From Candidatus Kaiserbacteria bacterium (lineage in GTDB: Bacteria > Patescibacteriota > Minisyncoccia > Phycocordibacterales > Phycocordibacteraceae): a DNA stretch of 64,000 bases. The stretch spans positions 532,562-596,561 of the forward strand of contig OY969413.1 in the NCBI GenBank assembly GCA_963699165.1, given 5' to 3'. Shown in pieces: positions 9,304-18,212 of the stretch. Position 1 is the first letter of the stretch; every line of letters begins with the position of its first letter. The position numbers were made by a program, and so were the translations under genes. The notes beneath the pieces were generated by a model, which worked only from the letters and a program-made list of their open reading frames with translations, was not told where the DNA came from and ran no database searches.

Positions 9304-10217
9304 CAATAGCTTGGACGCGATATCATCGCGTCATGGCATACACACAAAACCCTCACATGCCCAAGGTCAGAAGGGATGCTGCAGACATGGTGAGGAGAGG
9401 ATATACGCCCACCGAGGTTGGCCGTCGGTTCGGCGTCGGGTCGAGTACGGTATGCAAATGGGTGAAGAAGGCGAAGATATACGGGTATCATCCGATTCCG
9501 ACGCTCTCATCAAAACCGAGGAATCATCCAAACGAGCTGCCGTCGAAGATTGTGAACAAGATTGTCGAGAAGCGTCTCGTACTCAAACGCTCGGCCGAGG
9601 TCGTACACCGGGCGCTCGAAGACGAGGGTGTCTCGGTGTCGCTCTCGTCGGTGAAGCGGACGCTCGGTCGTTTCGGCCTCATCAAAAAGCGGAGCCCGTG
9701 GAAACGGTACCACCCGCACTCGGAACGTCCGGAAGCCGCATATCCGGGCGCTCTTGTGGAGGTGGACACCATCCATCTGGCACTCCACGGCAAAACGGTT
9801 CTGTACGTGTATACACTAATCGATGTATACAGCCGTTGGGCGTACGCCTGGGCGACCCCGCGCATCAACTGCCGCGTCTCTCTCCTCTTCGTGAAGCGGG
9901 CACAGGTTGCGGCACCATTCCTGTTCGAGTGCGTGCAGACCGACAATGGCCCCGAGTTCTCCATGCACTTCACCGAACGCCTCTCGATACGCCATCGACA
10001 CACGAGAGTCAGGCAGAGCAACGACAATGCGCACGTCGAGCGATTCAATCGCACACTGCGTGAAGAGTGTCTTGATGCTCTTTCGATTGAGATACGGGCA
10101 ATCAATGCGATTCTGCCGACCTATCTGAGCGGGTACAACACCACCCGCCACCACTTCGGGCTCGACCTCAAAACGCCGCTCGCCATATTAACAGAATGCG
10201 TCCAAGCTATTGATTAG
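9304..10217 (+). mobile_element. IS481-family insertion sequence (copy A), intact
   Basis: 16-bp perfect terminal inverted repeats TCAATAGCTTGGACGC at 9304-9319 and the reverse complement at 10198-10213. Single transposase ORF. Confidence 0.75.
9333..10217 (+). CDS. IS481-family DDE transposase (HTH plus rve integrase core)
   Basis: N-terminal HTH. TDNGPEF and VERFNRTLREE motifs of the rve integrase core. Confidence 0.85.
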   Translation: MAYTQNPHMPKVRRDAADMVRRGYTPTEVGRRFGVGSSTVCKWVKKAKIYGYHPIPTLSSKPRNHPNELPSKIVNKIVEKRLVLKRSAEVVHRALEDEGVSVSLSSVKRTLGRFGLIKKRSPWKRYHPHSERPEAAYPGALVEVDTIHLALHGKTVLYVYTLIDVYSRWAYAWATPRINCRVSLLFVKRAQVAAPFLFECVQTDNGPEFSMHFTERLSIRHRHTRVRQSNDNAHVERFNRTLREECLDALSIEIRAINAILPTYLSGYNTTRHHFGLDLKTPLAILTECVQAID

Positions 10218-10293
10218 AAAACGGCGCCGCTGTGCGAAGTAAGTTGATGCGTTGCGCCGGCAATCAGCTGCGCGGCAACGGCTATCGGCTGTT

Positions 10294-10593
10294 TTAACCG
10301 CCCGGGATGAACGGTATGTCTTTCAAGACGCGCCGCGCATCATCGAGATCCTTCTCGAGCGACTCCTGTTTTCGTTTCATCTTGCGTATATACGCCGCGT
10401 CCTTTATAAAACTCGGAATCAAAAATGAGAGTGTGATAACCACTCCCGAGAGGACGGCAAGAATAAGCATTACCGCCAGCGAACTTCCAAACTGCCAGCC
10501 GAAAAATAGCACGACAACGGGAGCAACGTTCTGCGCTATGAAAATAACCAAAAGCACGCCGATGATAATGCAGGGAATGAGGGAATATATCAT
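10294..10593 (-). CDS. small membrane protein, LapA/DUF1049-like
   Basis: Two TM helices followed by a charged coiled tail. Confidence 0.4.
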   Translation of the reverse strand: MIYSLIPCIIIGVLLVIFIAQNVAPVVVLFFGWQFGSSLAVMLILAVLSGVVITLSFLIPSFIKDAAYIRKMKRKQESLEKDLDDARRVLKDIPFIPGG

Positions 10594-10764
10594 GGATATG
10601 GTAATGATGTGCGCCGGATACTACCTACCGATTTTACCACACGACGGAAACGGGAATTGCCTCTGAAAATTCCGGTTGGCGGGCACGCGGCCGAGGGGCT
10701 TGACATAAAACTGCCAAACGGCAAAGCTTGAGAGATAATACGCTCGTGCGAACACATTGACGGT

Positions 10765-11223
10765 TCAAAACGCCCGCGAATCGTACGCCCAGTGGAGCAA
10801 GGCCTGCCGTTGGCGGGGCCGACAAGTGACGTCTCCGCGACGGCAATTGTTTTTAATTTGCATGATGTGCCGCCGCATCGCGAGCCATCGTTTGATTTGC
10901 CGCTCATCGTCGGCGCTTCTGCGTCCCAAATAGTAGCGGCAATACCACTCGAACCATCCGCGCGGGTCCTGCGGACGTATCCAGCCTTTTGCCTGCCAAA
11001 CCGAGAGCGGCTGGCTCGCATTCACATTAAAATAATTGAACTCCTTGTGGCTCTTCCCGTCCGTCGATAGTGGTACGCCTGCAAACCAATCTTTCGGAAA
11101 CTCCTTCGGCTTGTCGGCAAAGTACAGTCCGCCGAAAACACCGAGCTTCAGCATTTGTTTTGGCGTCAGCTCCGGCTTGAAGCGCGGGTCAAATTTATTT
11201 TTTGTTGCGGTTTTTCGGGTCAT
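10765..11223 (-). CDS. hypothetical protein with a conserved GWFEWYCRYYLGRR...DDERQIKRW motif
   Basis: ORF. Start placed at the MTRK methionine, whose ATG overlaps the stop of the upstream YdeI-like gene in an ATGA arrangement. Family not recognized. Confidence 0.45.
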   Translation of the reverse strand: MTRKTATKNKFDPRFKPELTPKQMLKLGVFGGLYFADKPKEFPKDWFAGVPLSTDGKSHKEFNYFNVNASQPLSVWQAKGWIRPQDPRGWFEWYCRYYLGRRSADDERQIKRWLAMRRHIMQIKNNCRRGDVTCRPRQRQALLHWAYDSRAF

Positions 11224-11471
11224 CGACGGTGCGTGCAGCCGGCCCAGCAACAGGGCCGGCGCATTCCGCCAGAAAGCTTCGAGAGTCCCTTCTTGATGCG
11301 AATGTCCCGCGTCTCCGCTTTTTTGCCGGACGTGACCCAGCAAATCCATTCATTCCGCGCGAGCGGCGTAATGTCAGTCCATACAGCGAGAGCTTTCTGA
11401 GTCGAGAGCAGGGCCTTTCGCAAGTCCGCAGGCATTTTGTGTACGACACCTCCTGCAATTTTTACGGTCAT
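11220..11471 (-). CDS. YdeI/OmpD-associated (bacteriocin-protection) family protein
   Basis: LPADLRKAL...ALAVWTDITPLARNEWICWVTSGKKAETRDIRIKK matches the YdeI-like domain. Confidence 0.6.
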   Translation of the reverse strand: MTVKIAGGVVHKMPADLRKALLSTQKALAVWTDITPLARNEWICWVTSGKKAETRDIRIKKGLSKLSGGMRRPCCWAGCTHRR

Positions 11472-11480
11472 AAGTTTTTA

Positions 11481-11639
11481 TTAGACCTTAAACGCAAACG
11501 ATAAAAGCACGATGGTTAACGCGTTAAGAATCACTAACGCTGTTGCTGTTTGCCATTTTGCCGAAAAGGGATGCCATACGATATAGACCGTGTAGATGAT
11601 TGCAACAAGTGCCGCACCGATAAAATTTCCTCGTATCAT
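11481..11639 (-). CDS. possible small hydrophobic protein (52 aa)
   Basis: Unlisted short ORF MIRGNFIGAALVAIIYTVYIVWHPFSAKWQTATALVILNALTIVLLSFAFKV in an otherwise empty AT-rich spacer. Confidence 0.2.
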   Translation of the reverse strand: MIRGNFIGAALVAIIYTVYIVWHPFSAKWQTATALVILNALTIVLLSFAFKV

Positions 11640-11716
11640 ATTTTATGATTGTGTTTGGTGTGTGGCCGCAGTAGCAATTGTATCATTACAATTTACTTAG
11701 TATTTCTTATCAATTT

Positions 11717-12115
11717 TCAGAACGGGTAACTGCTCGTTATCTCTTCCCCTATTTGAATATCCCGAACGGCCACGTCAACCGATGTGCCCTTGGCATGAGG
11801 CATTCCTTCCATGTTCAGCAGACGGTCAGTGTCTTCTTTGCCAAACGTTTCAACGCGCCTTTTGTACACAATCTCGTACAGAGCTTTTGAACGATACCCT
11901 TCTTTAATAAACAACTTGTAGCCTCTCTTTTGAAATTCAGCATCAACCGCGAGCAACGGTTCCAAAATATCTCTGTGCACGTGCACGCGATCGCTCGTGA
12001 GGCCGACGGAAAGAATGTCTTCTTTCGTCAATCCTTTTGCTTCGTATTTGTGCCAGTAAAAATTGCTGCCGAGCAATCCGTGTTCGATGATGTCAATCGA
12101 CTCTTCTTCGGGCAT
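11717..12115 (-). CDS. peptidase M15 (VanY / D-Ala-D-Ala carboxypeptidase-like)
   Basis: EGYRSKALYEI and HAKGTSVDVAVRD match the YRS...Q and SxHxxGxAxD motifs of M15 peptidases. Confidence 0.6.
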   Translation of the reverse strand: MPEEESIDIIEHGLLGSNFYWHKYEAKGLTKEDILSVGLTSDRVHVHRDILEPLLAVDAEFQKRGYKLFIKEGYRSKALYEIVYKRRVETFGKEDTDRLLNMEGMPHAKGTSVDVAVRDIQIGEEITSSYPF

Positions 12116-12181
12116 TGGAGAATTGTATCAGACACTAGTAATTGCTCACCAGAGCGGCACGCTTCGAACGTAATACTTAAT

Positions 12182-12763
12182 CTAAGAATATTCAACGTCT
12201 AAATCTGCAGTATCAAGCGAGCCCTTGTACAAAATATGCGGCACGAGATGGAAAAGCAATGGTCGCACTCCTTCAGCTTTTTTCTGTTTGTAATATTCAA
12301 TCGTACCCTCCGGAACGATTCGGTAGGCATCCATTCGTGCAAGATCAAACGGCTCATACTCTTTAAAATTCGGAACGACATTCTCATCTCTGCGGTAGAT
12401 AAACGCGATGCTGTTTTCTCCCAGCAACAACGGCGCGGGAACTTTGAACCAGGCAACGGACGGCAATTCCGTATCCGCTTTAGCCAGATTTGCTTTTAGT
12501 GTTGCCGGTGCAACGGCTGTAAAGTGTAGTACATCGTTCCACAAACAATGCAGCGGCGGAATTTCAGTAGTGAGCAACTGTTCTCTGCCCTCATATTTTT
12601 TAACGTGTTCAGCGTATATCTCGGGATGTGTTTGCCGAAGACTATTGAGAGGACAGAGAATTGTCCCGACCATATTTTTTGGAACTCGATGATATACGTA
12701 TTCCATATGTACGTATTGTATCGCATGATACGAACTTGATTTTTCAACCAAGCAGAGCTTCAA
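12182..12763 (-). CDS. hypothetical protein
   Basis: ORF in an AT-rich segment; possible start at MEYVYHRV. No recognized domain. Confidence 0.4.
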   Translation of the reverse strand: MKLCLVEKSSSYHAIQYVHMEYVYHRVPKNMVGTILCPLNSLRQTHPEIYAEHVKKYEGREQLLTTEIPPLHCLWNDVLHFTAVAPATLKANLAKADTELPSVAWFKVPAPLLLGENSIAFIYRRDENVVPNFKEYEPFDLARMDAYRIVPEGTIEYYKQKKAEGVRPLLFHLVPHILYKGSLDTADLDVEYS

Positions 12764-13334
12764 CGGTGTCCCTTGTTTCTTCGAGACTGATGAACATGAA
12801 AGCGCGTATTCCCAAACTTTCCGCGGCCTTCAAGTTCTTTTCTTGGCCGTCAAAATAAATCGCTTCGGAAGGGTTCAGCGCAAAATCGTTCAGTACGAGC
12901 CGCCACGCTTCTACGTCCGGCTTCACGAGTCCGGTCTGCCAGGAAAAATACGCCTTATCAACCGCGTCATGCATCCATGGATAATGGCTATAGTGTTCCG
13001 CACGCTCCTTAAAATTATTTGAGAGCGTAATGACTTTGACTCCCTTCTGTTTTAATTCGCGGGCGAAAGAAATCATTTCTTCGGAGGGCGTCTCCGCACT
13101 AAACCAGTAGTTCCAAAATTCCGCTTCGGTCATATCAACATCCCACTCTTTAAGCACGTGTTCCCAATACGTAAACGCCGCCTTCGCTCCTGGCTTTCTA
13201 ACCTCATCCATTATCGCTCCGAGTTTTGGTAGAAATGCAGAAGGAGGAACGCCGAAATCCTTTTCAAAACGATCGCTCAATTTCGGACTTAGGATAAATA
13301 CGCCGTTTAAATCGAAGATGATTGCCTTGATCAT
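12744..13334 (-). CDS. HAD-superfamily hydrolase
   Basis: IIFDLNGV motif I; ITLSNN and KPD motifs. Confidence 0.8.
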   Translation of the reverse strand: MIKAIIFDLNGVFILSPKLSDRFEKDFGVPPSAFLPKLGAIMDEVRKPGAKAAFTYWEHVLKEWDVDMTEAEFWNYWFSAETPSEEMISFARELKQKGVKVITLSNNFKERAEHYSHYPWMHDAVDKAYFSWQTGLVKPDVEAWRLVLNDFALNPSEAIYFDGQEKNLKAAESLGIRAFMFISLEETRDTVEALLG

Positions 13335-13341
13335 AGTTAAC

Positions 13342-13986
13342 TTAAGACGGTGCAGTCGCCACTTCGGTAAAGTGTGCCTTAAGCCGCTCGTACTCGGGCC
13401 GTACCCTCTCCCTCAAATCCTCGTACGCAATCTTATTTGTAAAATCGCGGTCAATTTTGGGTAAAGCCCATTTTGCGACTTTTTGCGATGACAGGTGACC
13501 CAGATTGCCATTTTCGGCAAACTCATAAAAATTGCTTGTCATGTGCACGACACCGTCAGCCGCCGCCATCGCCTTCCCTTCTAGCGAAGCGGGACGAACA
13601 TCGCCATGGCAGCTGTGCTTGGCTATTGCATCGTCAACGATTATCGCTATTTCATCGTCGCTGAATCCGGTTTTTTGTAACAATTCCCGCGCAATACGAA
13701 AACTCTCCTGTTCGTGGTTCGGATCCTCTCTTTTCATGACAGCATCGGCAACATCGTGCAAAAGTCCTGCTGCTTCGGCGAGTTCCGGACTGCCTCCATA
13801 TTCATGGGCAATCTTTCTGGCCTCGTTACCAACGAGTACCACATGCCCTTCATAAAGCCAGTCAGCCCAATCGGCGCGCGAGAAACGCTTTTCTTCGTAT
13901 AACCTTTTAACTTCTTCTCTTAATTTTTCTATCCTTTCCATAATTACACTATACCAAAATGGTTGTCTACGGGTCAGGGACCGCAA
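13342..13986 (-). CDS. HD-domain phosphohydrolase
   Basis: LLHDVADAV HD motif. Likely true start at MERIEKL (about 13941). Confidence 0.7.
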   Translation of the reverse strand: MRSLTRRQPFWYSVIMERIEKLREEVKRLYEEKRFSRADWADWLYEGHVVLVGNEARKIAHEYGGSPELAEAAGLLHDVADAVMKREDPNHEQESFRIARELLQKTGFSDDEIAIIVDDAIAKHSCHGDVRPASLEGKAMAAADGVVHMTSNFYEFAENGNLGHLSSQKVAKWALPKIDRDFTNKIAYEDLRERVRPEYERLKAHFTEVATAPS

Positions 13987-14101
13987 ATACGCTTCTCGAA
14001 GATTACAGCTTCAGTACACCTTTCGCGTCTCGCTTCGCCTTCGGCTTTTCACGACATGCTCAAGGTCTTCGAGTCCCTGCCCCGCTAGCAACGGCAAAAC
14101 A

Positions 14102-14128
14102 AGAAATCCCCTGAACGGGGATTTCTTG
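14102..14128 (-). terminator. intrinsic terminator after tRNA-Gln
   Basis: Stem aagaaatcccc / ggggatttctt with loop tgaac; GTTTTGCC follows on the minus strand. Confidence 0.6.
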
Positions 14129-14138
14129 TGCCGATTGC

Positions 14139-14209
14139 TGCGGGTCAGGGACTCGAACCCCAATACTCGCCTCCAGAGGGCGATGTCCTACCATTAGACG
14201 AACCCGCAA
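14139..14209 (-). tRNA. tRNA-Gln (anticodon CUG)
   Basis: Cloverleaf: U1-A72 acceptor stem UGCGGGU/ACCCGCA, discriminator G, anticodon loop CUCUGGA, T-loop UUCGAGU. No encoded CCA. Confidence 0.7.
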
Positions 14210-14221
14210 TAACATCAGTAT

Positions 14222-14365
14222 CACACCCTATTGAAAATTCGTCTAATGGGAGGTGTCCTACTGCCAAGCGAGCCGAGTCATGAGCATATGTCTGCATATG
14301 CTCATGCGAGGCGAGCGCCGGCAGAAAGCCCGAAGGGCTTACCATTAGATGATTCCGCAATGGCG
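14222..14365 (-). other. tRNA-like palindromic element (tRNA-Gln 5'-half mimic with an ~80-nt structured insert)
   Basis: The minus strand reads TTGCGGAATCATCTAATGGTA [hairpin-rich insert containing the 12-bp palindrome CATGAGCATATG/CATATGCTCATG and a GCCC-TTCG-GGGC hairpin] AGGACA..., paralleling TTGCGGGTTCGTCTAATGGTAGGACA of tRNA-Gln. No matching 3' acceptor strand exists. Confidence 0.4.
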
Positions 14366-14384
14366 CGGCGCGAAGCGCCGCGCA
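14364..14384. repeat. GC-hairpin repeat copy (gcgcggcgc-gaa-gcgccgcgc)
   Basis: Member of a recurring GGCGGCGC-GAA/TTC-GCGCCGCC hairpin family found at five intergenic sites. Confidence 0.5.
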
Positions 14385-14422
14385 CTTCCATGCACGATAC
14401 TTGAAAACCGGCTTTTATTCAA

Positions 14423-14965
14423 CTACGGCTTAAGCGGCCAGAAGAGCGTATACACGAACGTCACGAACGGATTGAGGGTCGGGCCGTAGACGATAGCGGT
14501 CCCGAGCGCGGCCGTCACGATGACACCGACGAGACCCAGAAGTGCGAGCGCCGGCAACCAGCCCTTGTCGAGCGTGAGGTGCGTGACTTTTTTCTTCAAA
14601 CGCCATGAGGCATTCATCAGTTTATTTTGCCCGATGACGCGAACAGCCCATCCGTTGTTATCGAGAATGCGCACGAGATATGCCGCGCCGATGACGAAAT
14701 AAATGAAAGTCGTCGCAACGGCAAACGGCACGTGCACTTTCAAAATGAACGCCGTCGGGATTCCTGTAACGAGACCTTTGGCTATGCCGCCCGTTACAAG
14801 CGCGAGCAAAGCAGACACGAAACCGGAGAACAGCAGGAATGCATTCACCGGAAAGACCCACGACTGCCGACGGAGCGCCGGCCAAAAACCGGCGACAATT
14901 TCAAGAATCGAATACAATGCGAACACCGCTATCGGAAAATGCACGAACAAAGGGTGAATATTCAT
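14423..14965 (-). CDS. hypothetical polytopic membrane protein
   Basis: Five or six predicted TM helices; no catalytic motif. Confidence 0.5.
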   Translation of the reverse strand: MNIHPLFVHFPIAVFALYSILEIVAGFWPALRRQSWVFPVNAFLLFSGFVSALLALVTGGIAKGLVTGIPTAFILKVHVPFAVATTFIYFVIGAAYLVRILDNNGWAVRVIGQNKLMNASWRLKKKVTHLTLDKGWLPALALLGLVGVIVTAALGTAIVYGPTLNPFVTFVYTLFWPLKP

Positions 14966-15008
14966 ACCCTGATAGTATATACGATTTAAAACGCGCTAGA
15001 ATACAGGC

Positions 15009-15758
15009 ATGATTCGAAGCGTTTCGCAGCCGCAAAGTCCCGCATGGCGGCGCAGTCATCGCAGACGCCATCGCAGGGCATGGGTCATCATGGCCGGCGT
15101 CATCGGTTCCTTGATTCTTCTTGTCGCCCTCGGGCGCTTAAACGGATTCAGCTGGCTCGATCTTTCGAGCGCGGTCGCGAATACCACCTATCGCCTCCTG
15201 CTTGCATACGTCATCGCGCTTGTCGCCGGCGTATCGATTGCGCTTCTCGTCGGTTGGAGCTCGCTTTCCGACATCCTCTTCCCCGTCTTCGATATTTTGC
15301 AAAATATTCCGTCTTTCGCGCTTATCCCTTTTTTCATTTACTTTCTCGGCTACACCAATCTGATGATAATCATATTCTCGGTGAGTTCCATTGTGTGGCC
15401 GATTCTGTTTGCCGTACTTACCGCCATCAAGAACGCGCACTCGGACCTTAACGATGCCGCGACCATTTTCGGCGCGCGCGGATTTCGGCGCATTCCGTAC
15501 TATCTTGCGCCGCTTTCGTATCCCGCGATTCTTACCGGTTCAATCGTCGGCATCGCCATCGGGTGGGAATCGATTATCGGCGCGGAGATAATTACCAATG
15601 TCGCCGGCTTCGGCTCGTTTATCAAAAATGTGAGTTCCACCGGCATCAGCGAGGCGGCCGTTGCGGGCATGTTTTTGATTCTCATCATCGTGTTTATCAT
15701 CAACCGCATCGTATGGGCGCCGCTTCTCGCGCAGAGCAGCAGGCGGTACGCCGAATGA
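15009..15758 (+). CDS. ABC transporter permease (SsuC/TauC-like)
   Basis: Six-TM permease. The Arg-rich N-terminal extension may be over-called. Confidence 0.75.
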   Translation: MIRSVSQPQSPAWRRSHRRRHRRAWVIMAGVIGSLILLVALGRLNGFSWLDLSSAVANTTYRLLLAYVIALVAGVSIALLVGWSSLSDILFPVFDILQNIPSFALIPFFIYFLGYTNLMIIIFSVSSIVWPILFAVLTAIKNAHSDLNDAATIFGARGFRRIPYYLAPLSYPAILTGSIVGIAIGWESIIGAEIITNVAGFGSFIKNVSSTGISEAAVAGMFLILIIVFIINRIVWAPLLAQSSRRYAE

Positions 15759-16507
15759 GTATGGAACACACATCCGAAGCGGCACTCGTTCTCTCGCGCG
15801 TCTACGCACACTTCACCGACGAAGGGGTAAAAGAAGTCGCTGCGCTTGAGGACATTTCATTTTCGATTTCGAGCGGCTCGTTCGTATCGGTCATCGGACC
15901 ATCCGGCGCGGGCAAGTCGACGCTGATGCGGATGATATTGAATTTGATTCCGCATGCGCGCGGCACGGTTGTGCGGAATTTTTCAAAGCCCGCCATGGTA
16001 TTTCAAAACTACGCGCTTTTCCCGTGGCTCACAGCGATTGAAAACGCGGCATTCGGCCTGCAGATGGAAGGCATGAACAAAAAAGACCGCGAACGCATCG
16101 CGCGCGAAAAATTGAAGGAAGTCGGGCTTGACCGCTTGGAACACCATTACCCAGCCGCGCTTTCGGGCGGCCAGAGGCAGCGCGTCGGCCTTGCGCGCGC
16201 GCTTGCGATTTCTCCCGACTTTCTCATCATGGACGAACCGTTTTCAAATCTCGACACCATCACCTCCGAGGCGCTCAAGGCCGACCTGCTGAAAATTTGG
16301 CGCACCTACGGCATGACCATACTTATGGTGAACCATCTCATTCCGGACGCCATCGAACTCTCCGACCAAATCATCATCCTGGGCTCGCATCCCGGACATG
16401 TCGAAAAGATTTTGACGGTTGACCTGCCGCGCCCGCGCGACGCACGCAGCGCGCAATTTTTCAAACAGGTGGACGTTCTCACCGAGGCAATCCGAGCGAT
16501 TTCCTAG
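15755..16507 (+). CDS. ABC transporter ATP-binding protein (SsuB/TauB-like)
   Basis: Walker A GPSGAGKST, signature LSGGQRQR, Walker B IMDEP. Its ATG overlaps the permease stop (ATGA). Confidence 0.85.
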   Translation: MSMEHTSEAALVLSRVYAHFTDEGVKEVAALEDISFSISSGSFVSVIGPSGAGKSTLMRMILNLIPHARGTVVRNFSKPAMVFQNYALFPWLTAIENAAFGLQMEGMNKKDRERIAREKLKEVGLDRLEHHYPAALSGGQRQRVGLARALAISPDFLIMDEPFSNLDTITSEALKADLLKIWRTYGMTILMVNHLIPDAIELSDQIIILGSHPGHVEKILTVDLPRPRDARSAQFFKQVDVLTEAIRAIS

Positions 16508-16544
16508 ACGTCGATTTTCGAGAAGCAATACGAACCGTGCGGAA

Positions 16545-18203
16545 TTATCTTTTCTTTTTGCGGCCTGCGGCGGCGCGAATGAATTCGGTAAAAAGCGGGT
16601 GCGGCGCAAGCGGGCGCGCCTGAAGTTCCGGGTGGAATTGCGTGCCGAGCATGAACGGATGCTCCGAGGTCGGCAACTCCGCGATTTCCATGAGCACGCC
16701 GTCGGGACTGGTGCCGGAAAAAACAAGTCCCGCTTCCTCAAGCGGCTTCACGTAATGCGGATTGATTTCATACCGGTGGCGGTGGCGCTCTTCGACCAAT
16801 TCCTGTTTGTACGCGCCGCGCGCAATGGTCCCTTTTTTCAAATACGCCGGATACGAGCCGAGCCGCATGGTGCCGCCGTACTTATTGTCGGCAAGATGTT
16901 TCTTTTGCTCGAGCATGACGTCGACGACCGGGTCTTTCGCGGTCTTCTTGATTTCGGTCGTGTGCGCGTCTTTGAGTTTCAGAACGTGCCGCGCGTATTC
17001 GATGACCATGAGCTGCATGCCGTAGCACAGCCCGAAATACGGAATTTTGCGCTCGCGGGCATACCGTATGGCTTTAATTTTCCCTTCGATGCCCGTCTCG
17101 CCGAAACCGCCCGGTACGATGATACCGTGATAGTGCCCGAGAATCGCCGACGGTTTTGCGCCCTCGCGCTCGAGGTCTTTGGAGTTCACCCAGCTGATTT
17201 TCGCGCGCAGGCCGAGCTTTGCGGCGGAAAACTTGATTGCCTCAATGACCGAAAGGTATGCATCGGAGAGCACGAAGTCGCCCGTATCAAAATATTTCCC
17301 GACTACTGCAATCGAAACCTCCGGCGCTTTTTTGTTTGCGGCCGCGACAACGAATTTTTTCCAAGCGGCGAGCGATGCGGCGTGCTGCGCCGGAAGTTTA
17401 AGCGCATCAAGCAGCACGTCCCCGAGTTTGCTTTTTTCGAAATTGAGCGGCACTTCGTAAATACTCGAAATGTCCGGCGCGGCGATGATGCGCTCCTTGC
17501 TCACGTTGCAGGCGATTGATAGTTTTTCCTTTCGCTTGTCGTCAATCGGCTCTTTCGAGCGCGCCACGATGAAATCCGGCTGCACGCCGTAGCTGTTCAA
17601 ATCGCGCACGGCCATTTGCGTCGGCTTCGTTTTCATTTCGCCAAGCGTGCCGGGCGTCGGCAAGTACGAGACAATGACGAACAAAACGTCCTCGGGATGC
17701 TGCATTTTCAAAACGCGTGCGGCCTCGATAAACAGCGCATTCTGGAAATCGCCGATGGTGCCGCCGATTTCAATAACGGAAACGCGGCTGCCGTTGTAGG
17801 CAGCCGCGGCTTCGATGCGCCGAAGGATTTCATTGCGCACGTGCGGAATCGCCTCTACGCATTTGCCGCCGTATTCGAGCGCGCGCTCGCGCGCGATGAC
17901 CGACTGGTACACCATGCCGCTCGTCATGTAATCGTCGTTCGTGAGGTCGCGCCCGAGAAAACGCTCGTAGTTGCCCATGTCCTGGTCGGTTTCGAGGCCG
18001 CTCCGAAGCACGAACACTTCACCGTGCTCGGTCGGATTCATCGTGCCGGCATCCACATTCAAATAGGGATCGATTTTTACGAGATTTACCGGATATCCTT
18101 TTTGCTGCAATAAAAGACCGACCGAACTGCTGACGACGCCCTTCCCCACGCCGCTCATCACTCCCCCCAGCACAAAGATGTATTTATGCCCGTCTTTTGC
18201 CAT
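16545..18203 (-). CDS. pyrG: CTP synthase
   Basis: N-terminal synthetase domain (YIFVLGGVMSGVGKG) plus a C-terminal class I glutamine amidotransferase domain; 552 aa. Confidence 0.95.
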   Translation of the reverse strand: MAKDGHKYIFVLGGVMSGVGKGVVSSSVGLLLQQKGYPVNLVKIDPYLNVDAGTMNPTEHGEVFVLRSGLETDQDMGNYERFLGRDLTNDDYMTSGMVYQSVIARERALEYGGKCVEAIPHVRNEILRRIEAAAAYNGSRVSVIEIGGTIGDFQNALFIEAARVLKMQHPEDVLFVIVSYLPTPGTLGEMKTKPTQMAVRDLNSYGVQPDFIVARSKEPIDDKRKEKLSIACNVSKERIIAAPDISSIYEVPLNFEKSKLGDVLLDALKLPAQHAASLAAWKKFVVAAANKKAPEVSIAVVGKYFDTGDFVLSDAYLSVIEAIKFSAAKLGLRAKISWVNSKDLEREGAKPSAILGHYHGIIVPGGFGETGIEGKIKAIRYARERKIPYFGLCYGMQLMVIEYARHVLKLKDAHTTEIKKTAKDPVVDVMLEQKKHLADNKYGGTMRLGSYPAYLKKGTIARGAYKQELVEERHRHRYEINPHYVKPLEEAGLVFSGTSPDGVLMEIAELPTSEHPFMLGTQFHPELQARPLAPHPLFTEFIRAAAGRKKKR

Positions 18204-18212
18204 ACAAATGAA

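Noticed and set aside
14222-14365. Whether the element beside tRNA-Gln is a second, intron-containing tRNA.
   Set aside because: No 3' acceptor strand complementary to its 5' end (ATTCCGCA) exists on either strand. It is kept as a tRNA-like palindromic element, not a tRNA.
16419-17519. A 366-aa plus-strand ORF inside pyrG (and a similar 165-aa ORF at 17616-18113).
   Set aside because: It is antisense to a gene with unambiguous CTP synthase homology, and its amino-acid composition (Arg/Ala/Gly-rich) is typical of spurious GC-driven ORFs.
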